From positions 140,359-204,358 of the forward strand of contig JBDRBB010000006.1 of assembly GCA_043823065.1 (NCBI GenBank): a stretch of DNA of 64,000 bases, read 5' to 3'. The translations under genes and the position numbers were made by a program. Under the pieces are notes generated by a model that did no database searches, was not told where the DNA came from, and worked only from the letters and a program-made list of their open reading frames with translations. The stretch comes from Pseudomonadota bacterium. GTDB lineage: Bacteria > UBA10199 > 2-02-FULL-44-16 > DYJF01. Below, one piece after another: positions 56,408 to 64,000 of this stretch; positions within the stretch are counted from its first letter, which is position 1; each line of letters opens with the position of its first letter.

Positions 56408-57361
56408 ATGGGAAAAATTTCACCAATAATGGGTTTATCATCAGCTGCCAGACTTGATCAAACCACTGCAGATTTTCATAGTTTTATTGATGAAAAAGCT
56501 AATGGTTTGCGCGAAAGAGATAATCCTCAGATCATAGGTCGTTTAAACAATATAATAAGTGGTTCTAATCCAATCCGAGAAAGACCAAGCTCTATTATTA
56601 ACCAACTTGAAGCTAATACAGTAGCAGCTGAATCAACATACAATGAAGCACGAGAGAGGATTCAACAATTTAGAAGACAGAATCGAAGCCAAATCCAAGC
56701 AGCAGAAGCTGAATATAATGAAGCATTAACCCGGGCCAGGAGAAATGCGCATAGTGGCCGCGGACAAAGCTTTGTACCACGCCCTCCAATCCTTGATCAT
56801 TTAGATCGCGCAGAATTTAATGTTAGCCGATTAGGTAGATTAGCCAGATCAATGAGAACTAATTTTGAGCGACTAGGAGAAGCTCTGCAAAGTATTCTTG
56901 ATGACGATGATAATGGTCCAAATTCTTCTGGCACTAGTGGTGGCAGAGAAGGAAATATTCAAGGCAGTAGCGGAGTTAACGGTCATGGAGTTAGTTTTAT
57001 GACCAGACTTAGAAACCTCAACCCTAATGGCGCTGTCAGCTATTTCAGATCTAGATCAATAAATTTTGGTAGGGGTGTGGTTAATTATTTCTTTACTGCT
57101 GAGGCTTTAGCCTTGGCTTATGCCAGAACAGTAGCTTGGCCTTGGTTGCAAGCCAACGCCAGTGTCTATGGACCTAGAATTATATCCTCTGCCACTAATG
57201 CCGCTAGAGTTGCTGGTACTATGCTGGAAAGTGGTTTAGGTATGGCCCAAGGATTTGTGCGAGGAGCAGCTACAGTTAGTTTCCCTGTGATAATTCCTGG
57301 CGCCCTTATTGACGCAATATTAAATGAAAATCAAAATGATCCTTACGGACCTATTGCTTAA
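56408..57361 (+). CDS. Hypothetical protein, paralog 2
   Basis: 317-aa ORF with [17 protein letters not shown] and a similar C-terminus. Confidence 0.8.
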   Translation: MGKISPIMGLSSAARLDQTTADFHSFIDEKANGLRERDNPQIIGRLNNIISGSNPIRERPSSIINQLEANTVAAESTYNEARERIQQFRRQNRSQIQAAEAEYNEALTRARRNAHSGRGQSFVPRPPILDHLDRAEFNVSRLGRLARSMRTNFERLGEALQSILDDDDNGPNSSGTSGGREGNIQGSSGVNGHGVSFMTRLRNLNPNGAVSYFRSRSINFGRGVVNYFFTAEALALAYARTVAWPWLQANASVYGPRIISSATNAARVAGTMLESGLGMAQGFVRGAATVSFPVIIPGALIDAILNENQNDPYGPIA

Positions 57362-58401
57362 ATTAACTCAATACCTTTACCAGAAACTAGTTCCCCAAAA
57401 CATTTAGTAGCGCTTTCAGAAAGCCCTGCTTCTCTTACCACCTTTTTATATTCTTCTGCAGTTTCAGCAGCAACTGCAACCAACAGTCCACCGCTGGTTT
57501 GCGGATCAGCCAGAATTTTTTGATTAGCTTCAGTTAAGCCGGTGATCTGCTGGCCATAACTTCTGACATTGCGAAAAGTTCCACCAGGGCAGCAATCTTT
57601 GTCTAAATAAAACTCAACTTCTTCTAAAACCGGCACATGCGCAACTCTTAAGATAGCTTTTAAGTTGCTGCCTTGCGCCATTTCCAAAGCATGACCAAGC
57701 AGACCAAACCCAGTAACATCAGTAATTGCATGCACTCCTTTAATCTTTGCTAAATTCTCACCTATTTTATTAAGAGTTGTCATAACTTGAGTTGCCTTGC
57801 CTTGATCTTCTTCTCTTAACTTTCCATGTTTTTCTGCACTAGTTAAAATGCCAACGCCCAAAGGTTTAGTTAAGAAAAGCAAATCACCAGGCTTGCCAGT
57901 ATTATTTCTTTTTAAATTTTCTTTTTTAATCAAACCATTAACTGCTAAACCAAAAATTGGTTCTGGGCTATCAATACTATGTCCTCCAGCCAAAGGAATT
58001 TCTACTTTTTTACAAACATCTTGGGCGCCTCTAATTACTTCTTTTGCTACTTCTGGAGACAGTTTATCTAAAGGCCAACCTAAAATTGAAATCGCCAAAC
58101 AAGGTGTGCCACCCATGGCATAAATATCACTAATTGCATTGGTGGCTGCAATTCGACCAAAATCATATGGATCATCTACAATGGGCATAAAAAAATCTGT
58201 GGTGCTGATTAAAGCCCTACCATCACCTAGGTCTAAAACCGCAGCATCATCTTTAGCTTCATTGCCCACTAAAAGATTGGGGAAATTGGCTGCACTGCAA
58301 CCTTGTCCTAATATTTGTTCCAAAACATCTGGGGCAATCTTGCACCCACACCCAGCACCGTGGCTATACTTTGTTAAACGGATTTTTTCCTTTGATGACA
58401 T
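57358..58401 (-). CDS. selD: Selenide, water dikinase (Cys form)
   Basis: [45 protein letters not shown]. Confidence 0.97.
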   Translation of the reverse strand: MSSKEKIRLTKYSHGAGCGCKIAPDVLEQILGQGCSAANFPNLLVGNEAKDDAAVLDLGDGRALISTTDFFMPIVDDPYDFGRIAATNAISDIYAMGGTPCLAISILGWPLDKLSPEVAKEVIRGAQDVCKKVEIPLAGGHSIDSPEPIFGLAVNGLIKKENLKRNNTGKPGDLLFLTKPLGVGILTSAEKHGKLREEDQGKATQVMTTLNKIGENLAKIKGVHAITDVTGFGLLGHALEMAQGSNLKAILRVAHVPVLEEVEFYLDKDCCPGGTFRNVRSYGQQITGLTEANQKILADPQTSGGLLVAVAAETAEEYKKVVREAGLSESATKCFGELVSGKGIELI

Positions 58402-58422
58402 AATGTTTCCCTTATCCCGTTT

Positions 58423-58479
58423 GTCATCCCCGCGAAAGCGGGGATCTCGATTTTAGATTCCCGCTTTCGCGGGAATGAC
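58423..58479. repeat. GTCATCCCCGCGAAAGCGGGGATC-type palindromic repeat
   Basis: Two hairpins in inverted orientation between selD and the nuoEF-like gene. Confidence 0.85.
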
Positions 58480-58573
58480 AAAGCAAACAAGGATGACACC
58501 TTTAAGTATTGACGATTTTAGCCTCACCAGATATGTACATAATCCGATTTCAATTCAAGAAACAGGGGAAACC

Positions 58574-60307
58574 ATGATTAGCCAAGAACTTCAAGCAAAA
58601 ATTGAAAAAATTGCCAAAAAATATCCTAAGCGCGAATCTGCGCTTATGCCAGCCTTGATGCTGGTGCAAAAGGCAAATGACAACTATCTCTCTAATCAAG
58701 ATATCACGGAAACTGCCCGCATCATTGGGGTTACTGACAGTCACGCCTTTGGCGTAGCCACTTACTACACCATGTATAATACTGAAAAGCGTGGCAAATA
58801 CCATTTGCAGCTAGATACCAATATCCCTGGGTTTTTGACCGGGGCTTTTGATATCTTGGCTCATTTAGAGAAAAAATTGGGCATTAAAGCTGGCGGGACT
58901 ACCAAAGACGGCCTGTTTACCCTTTCTATTGTTGAAGATTTAGGTTCTTGCGGCACCTGCCCGGTCATGCAAGTTAATGACACTTACTATGAAAACCTGA
59001 CCATCAAAAAAGTTGATGAACTGCTTGATGCCTTAAAGCAAGGCAAAATGCCAGAGCCTGACACTTCTGCAAATTTTGCTTCTGAATGTAAGGTGCTGCT
59101 TAAAAATCGCGGCGTAAAAGATGCTCACAAACTTAAGACCTATCAGAAAAACGGCGGATATGAAGCCTTGGGCAAGGCTTTGCAAATGGAACCTGCTAAA
59201 GTTTGCGCTGAGGTTAAAGAATCTATGATCAGGGGCCGCGGAGGCGCTGGTTTTCCTGCTGGCGTAAAATGGGGTTTTCTACCTAAAAATGATTCTCGCC
59301 CAATTTATCTGGTTTGCAATGCTGATGAAGGCGAGCCTGGAACTTTCAAAGACCGGCAGATCATGCAATATGATCCGCATCTTTTAATTGAAGGCATGGC
59401 TATTTCTGCTTATGCTTTAGGTGCTCAAAAAGCATTCATTTATATTCGCGGCGAATTTACCTGGATCGCTGATATTTTGGACAATGCTATCTCCGAAGCC
59501 AAAAAAGCCCAACTCTTGGGCGAGCTAGATATTGTGGTGCACAGAGGAGCTGGCTCTTATGTTTGCGGCGAAGAAACTGCCCTGATTGAATCTATTGAAG
59601 GCAAGAGAGGCAATCCCAGAAACAAACCTCCTTTTCCAGCCAACATTGGTCTTTATAACTGCCCAACCATTGTCAACAATGTAGAAACTTTAGCTAGTGT
59701 TCCCTATATTATTGAAAACGGAGCTGAAGCATTCAAAAAATTTGGCTCTGCCAAAAATTCCGGGCCCAAACTTTATGGCGTTAGTGGCCACGTTAACAAG
59801 CCTGGGGTTTATGAATATCCCCTGGGCACCAAGCTGGAAACTATTTTAGAAGCAGCAGGCGGAGTTAAAGGTAATCTCAAAGCAGTAATTGTGGGCGGTT
59901 TATCTGTGCCAATCTTAACAGCTAGCGAAGCCAAAGGTTTAAAGATGGATTTTGATGGTTGCCTGGAAAAAGGCACCATGCTTGGTTCTGGCGGCATTAT
60001 GATTATTAATGATACAGTTTCCATTCCCAAACTGGCTTTAAGAATCATTGAATTTTATGCCCATGAATCTTGCGGCCAATGTGTGCCTTGCCGGGAAGGA
60101 AGCTTTGCAGTTAAAACTATTTTGAAAAATATTGTGGCTGGCAAAGGAACCAAGGAAGATTTAAACCGCGTGGTTGCTATGTGCGAGACCATTAAAGGCT
60201 TAACCCTGTGTCCAACCGGCGATGCCTTTGCCATGCCAATTGAAGCTATGATTAAGAAGTTTAGGGGAGAGTTTGATAAGTTAATAAAATCAAATCCTAA
60301 TATCTAA
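58574..60307 (+). CDS. NuoE-NuoF fusion, NAD-binding diaphorase subunit of FDH
   Basis: GRGGAGFP, NADEGEPGTFKDR, GAGSYVCGEETA, CGQCVPC..C; start at ATG 58574 with an AGGGG RBS. Confidence 0.9.
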   Translation: MISQELQAKIEKIAKKYPKRESALMPALMLVQKANDNYLSNQDITETARIIGVTDSHAFGVATYYTMYNTEKRGKYHLQLDTNIPGFLTGAFDILAHLEKKLGIKAGGTTKDGLFTLSIVEDLGSCGTCPVMQVNDTYYENLTIKKVDELLDALKQGKMPEPDTSANFASECKVLLKNRGVKDAHKLKTYQKNGGYEALGKALQMEPAKVCAEVKESMIRGRGGAGFPAGVKWGFLPKNDSRPIYLVCNADEGEPGTFKDRQIMQYDPHLLIEGMAISAYALGAQKAFIYIRGEFTWIADILDNAISEAKKAQLLGELDIVVHRGAGSYVCGEETALIESIEGKRGNPRNKPPFPANIGLYNCPTIVNNVETLASVPYIIENGAEAFKKFGSAKNSGPKLYGVSGHVNKPGVYEYPLGTKLETILEAAGGVKGNLKAVIVGGLSVPILTASEAKGLKMDFDGCLEKGTMLGSGGIMIINDTVSIPKLALRIIEFYAHESCGQCVPCREGSFAVKTILKNIVAGKGTKEDLNRVVAMCETIKGLTLCPTGDAFAMPIEAMIKKFRGEFDKLIKSNPNI

Positions 60308-60412
60308 ACTCTAAATTCTAAACAAATCCAAAACTCTAATGTTCAAAACAAGGGGTTTTGGTCATATGAATTTTGATATTGTTTAGGATTTAGAAATTAG
60401 GATTTAGAATTT
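60292..60412. repeat. Heptamer-periodic palindromic element, copy 3
   Basis: Homologous to the 15992 and 38645 copies; begins inside the last codons of the nuoEF-like gene. Confidence 0.8.
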
Positions 60413-60428
60413 CATTAGGAGGAATCAT

Positions 60429-63170
60429 ATGGCGTTTAAGATGTTTATTGACGCAAAAGAAGTTACGTTTGAAGGAAATAAGACGGTCTTACAAGTTGCT
60501 CGGGAAAATGGATTTTACATTCCTTCGCTTTGCTATCATGAAAAAATCGGGCCAGCCAGTAAGTGCCGGATTTGCGTGGTGGAAATTGAAGGCATGCGCG
60601 GTCTGCAAACTGCCTGCTCGGTAAATTCAGCAGAGGGGATGAAAGTCTCCACTGATTCGCCAGCCATTAAAGAAGCGCGCAAATTAGTAGTTAATCTGCT
60701 TTTGGCTAATGGCCAGCACAACTGTATGTCTTGCGAGGCTAACGGCGAGTGCGAACTGCAAGATGCTGCTTATCATTTAGGCATTGAAGTCCCTGCCTTC
60801 ACCATTGACGCAACTGCTGATTATCCTAAAGATGAATCAAGCGAGATGATTGCGCGTTTTTCTGGAAAATGTATTCAGTGCGGCCGCTGCATTAAAGGCT
60901 GTAATGAAACAGTTACCAATGAAGTTCTAGATTTTGGTTATCGCGCAGATAAAACCAAAGTTATTTGCGACGATGATCTGCCCATGGGCGATTCTTCTTG
61001 TGTGCAATGCGGAGAATGTTCCCAGCTTTGCCCGGTTGGCGCAATCATCGACAAAAAAGCCATGGGCTTGGGCCGTCCCTGGGATCTAAAAAAAGTTGAT
61101 ACAGTTTGTACTTACTGCGGAGTTGGTTGCGTCCTAACTTTGCATGTTGATGAGCGCACCAACAAAATTGTTAAAATCAGCGGCCAGGAAAATGCAGCCA
61201 CCAACCAAGGCATGCTCTGCGTTAAAGGCCGCTATGGTTATGAATTTGTAAATAGCAACGAGCGCTTAACTTCCCCTTTAATGAAAAACCCGGACGGTTC
61301 TTTTAGAAAAGTCAGCTGGGAAGATGCTCTAGATTTCATTGCCAAGAAATTTAAGGACATTAAAGAAAAGCACGGACCAAATGCTTTGGCAGGTTTGGCT
61401 TCAGCCAAAGTTACTAATGAAGAAAACTTTGTGTTTCAGAAATTTTTCCGCAAGGAGGTGGGCACAAACAATGTTGATCACTGTGCCCGGCTTTGACACT
61501 CTGCCACGGTGGCCGGTCTGGCTGCCTCTTTCGGTTCTGGCGCAATGACCAATGACATAGCAGGTATTAAAGATGCTGATGTAATCTTGGTTACTGGTTC
61601 AGACACAACTGCTGCGCACCCGGTTATTTCTGCGCGCATTAAACAAGCGGTAAAATACGGCAAATCCAAATTAATTGTCATTGATCCCAAGAAAATCAAA
61701 CTTGCTGATTATGCCACAATTTATGCCCGCCAGCGCTGCGGCACTGACGTGGCTGTGCTCAATAGCATCATGCACGTTATTATCAAAAATAACTGGCATG
61801 ATAAAAAGTTTGTGGATGAACGCTGCGAAGCCTTTGATGAACTAAAAAAAGAAATGGAAAATTATCCGCCGGAAAAAGTAGAAAAGATTTCTGGCATTCC
61901 TGCCAAAACTATTGAAGAAATTGCTGAGCTTTTTGGTAAAGCTGAAACTGCTTCAGTGTTTTATGCCATGGGCATTACCCAGCATACCACTGGCGTGGAT
62001 AATGTCTGGTCCACGGCCAACTTGCAAATGCTTTGCGGCAATCTGGGCAAGAGCGGCGGCGGAGTTAATCCTTTGCGCGGCCAATCTAATGTGCAAGGTG
62101 CTTGCGATATGGGCGGTCTGCCTAATGTCTTTCCTGGTTATCAAAAAGTTGGGGATGAAAAAGTTCAGGAAAAATTTGAAAAAGCCTGGAATTGCAAACT
62201 AGATAACAAACCTGGAATAACTGTTACAGAAATGATCAGCGGTGCTGAAAAAGGAACAGTTAGGGCTGTTTATGTTATGGGTGAAAACCCCATGATTTCT
62301 GATCCAGATCTAACTCATGCCAGGGAAGCCTTGAAAAAATTAGAGCTCTTGGTTGTGCAAGATCTATTCATGACTGAAACAGCTGAACTGGCGCATGTGG
62401 TGTTGCCAGCAACCAGTTTTGCGGAAAAAGAAGGTCATTTTACGAATACTGAGCGCCGGGTGCAGCGCTTGCGCATAGCGTGTAAAGCTCCTGGTGAAGC
62501 AAAACATGACTGGGAAATTGTGCAAGATATTGCCAGAGCCATGGGAGCCAAAGATTGGAATTATAATTCAGCTAAGGATATTTCTGATGAAATCAATCAG
62601 CTAACTCCCCAATATGGCGGCATTATTTGGGAACGGGTTGGCGCCAATGGTTTGCAATGGCCTTGCCCAACTAAGGAACACCCTGGCACGCCATTTTTGC
62701 ACAAGGGCCAGTTCCCTCGTGGCAAGGGTTTGATGAAGGCTATTCCTTTTAAAGAACCTGCTGAGCTTCCTGATAAAGAATATCCCTTTGTCTTAACCAC
62801 TGGCCGCGTGTTGGATCATTTTCACACTGGCACCATGAGCAGAAAGACCCCTGGTCTAAATGCCATGTCTGGACCAATGGTCATGATGTCTGTTGAAGAT
62901 GCAGAGGAAATTGGCATTGGCAATCAGGAAATTATCAAAGTAAAGAGCAGGCGCGGTGAAATTGAAGCACCAGCTTTTGTAACCAAACGCATGGGCAAGG
63001 GAACAATTTTTATTCCTTTCCATTACCGGGAAGCTGCAGCTAATGTGCTGACTAATCCTGTAGTGGACCCAGTGGCTAAAATTCCTGAATATAAGGCTTG
63101 TGCAGCTCAGGTGGAAAAACTTAGCGGCAAGAAAAACGAAAACGCCAAGCAAAACAGAAGAGTTAAATAG
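60429..63170 (+). CDS. fdhF: Selenocysteine-containing formate dehydrogenase alpha subunit (913 aa)
   Basis: The 355-aa and 553-aa track ORFs are in frame across TGA 61494-61496, giving CARL-U-HSATVAGL. NuoG-like Fe-S N-terminus; LRGQSNVQG. Confidence 0.93.
61508..61526 (+). promoter_or_regulatory. Bacterial SECIS hairpin
   Basis: GGTGGCC-GGTCT-GGCTGCC stem-loop starting 11 nt after the UGA. Confidence 0.75.
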
Positions 63171-63174
63171 CTCG

Positions 63175-63200
63175 TCATTGCGAGCGAAGCGAAGCAATCC
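63175..63200. repeat. GTCATTGCGAG...GCAATCC-type palindromic repeat
   Basis: Related fragments at 63689-63720. Confidence 0.7.
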
Positions 63201-63214
63201 AGTAGGGGGTAACC

Positions 63215-63673
63215 ATGGACAAGTTGGAACTCGAAAAAATCTTCAGTATTGCCATTAACCGCGAAATTGAATCACATGAATTTTATAAAGACGTGGCAGC
63301 TAAAGCCCAAAATCCAAATGTGAAAAAGGTATTTGAGGAATTAGCTTCAGAAGAAATGGGACATATGGAACTTTTAGAAAAATTCAAAGAAGATCCAACC
63401 AGATTAATGAGTTTCAAATCTGCGCCCCAAGATTTCAAAGTTGCTGAAGCAACTGACTTACCAAAACTTACTCTTGATATGCAACCAGCTGATGCCATTG
63501 CTTTAGCAATGAAAAAAGAACAGCAAGCAGTGGAATTTTATCGAGACTTAAGCAAACATTGCTCTTCACCAGAAACATGCAATATATTTGAAAATTTGGC
63601 GAATATGGAACTTACGCATAAGCAAAAGTTGGAAAAAGTATTTGTAGAAATTGGCTACCCTGAGGCCTTCTAA
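63215..63673 (+). CDS. Rubrerythrin/ferritin-like diiron protein
   Basis: Two E..FY / E..H motif pairs (EEMGH, ELTH). Confidence 0.88.
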   Translation: MDKLELEKIFSIAINREIESHEFYKDVAAKAQNPNVKKVFEELASEEMGHMELLEKFKEDPTRLMSFKSAPQDFKVAEATDLPKLTLDMQPADAIALAMKKEQQAVEFYRDLSKHCSSPETCNIFENLANMELTHKQKLEKVFVEIGYPEAF

Positions 63674-63906
63674 ATTCGTACTTCGCTTGTCATTGCGGGC
63701 GTCAAGATTGTCATTGCGAGAAAAAAAAAGAAAAAAACAAGACGGACGAAAATAAAGCAGCATTGTCCAAAAATGCTACAATTTGTAATTCATTTACAAT
63801 CCACCACATCTAACCTAATTTCCTTTTTTATCTTGCTTTTCAGTGCATTAGTTAATTGGCATTTTCATTACATATTATGGCATTGTTTTTGCTATTAGTC
63901 TTAAGC

Positions 63907-64000
63907 ATGCCTTACCTCCCCAGATATTGCATTATAGATGACGAAGCCTACTTTCATGTCACTTGGCAGTGCCACAATAAAGACTGGTTACTTAAATGGG
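63907..64000 (+). mobile_element. Probable REP-associated tyrosine transposase (Y1/RAYT-like), N-terminus truncated by the window end
   Basis: MPYLPRYCIIDDEAYFHVTWQCHNKDWLL fits the RAYT N-terminal pattern MP...R......(Y/F)HVT...N; the HUH motif is outside the window. Confidence 0.55.

Noticed and set aside
57358..58401. Selenocysteine within SelD
   Set aside because: The active-site motif is encoded as Cys (GAGCGCK) with no in-frame TGA.
61494..61496. FDH pseudogene caused by a premature stop
   Set aside because: The TGA is at the conserved Sec/Cys ligand position, with a SECIS-like hairpin and selD nearby.
1..64000. tRNA, rRNA, prophage or integrase genes
   Set aside because: None recognised by eye; tRNAscan-SE and Infernal would be needed to exclude them.

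Overview
AT-rich bacterial chromosomal window. The gene content (TIGR02147 protein, ETF/FadE/FadF, selenocysteine formate dehydrogenase, HydE/HydG) suggests an anaerobic deltaproteobacteria-like lineage; this is inference. The housekeeping backbone covers lipid/acyl-CoA metabolism, a LemA/TPM cluster, hydrogenase maturases, a tungstate/FdhD/acetate-CoA operon, SelD and an NAD-linked Sec-FDH. It is interrupted by accessory cassettes. Main discovery: five scattered orphan genes share one precisely spaced upstream motif, GCAACYTT-N11-GCCGATAA (a sigma-28-type -10 box with a non-canonical -35). They encode a caspase-like protease, a transglutaminase-TPR protein, a 3799-aa multi-enzyme protein and two paralogous coiled-coil/hydrophobic proteins. 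All lack signal peptides, most appear leaderless, and all are almost lysine-free. This looks like an undescribed co-regulated exported-effector system. Several cargo genes sit back-to-back with toxin-antitoxin operons, and some cassettes are bounded by duplicated fragments of neighbouring genes. Other oddities: a HypC-HydE fusion, a NuoE domain missing three of four 2Fe-2S cysteines, an in-frame palindromic repeat inside an Fe-S oxidoreductase, a ~205-nt rod-like RNA candidate and many REP-like repeat classes. All calls come from motifs read by eye; no searches were run.
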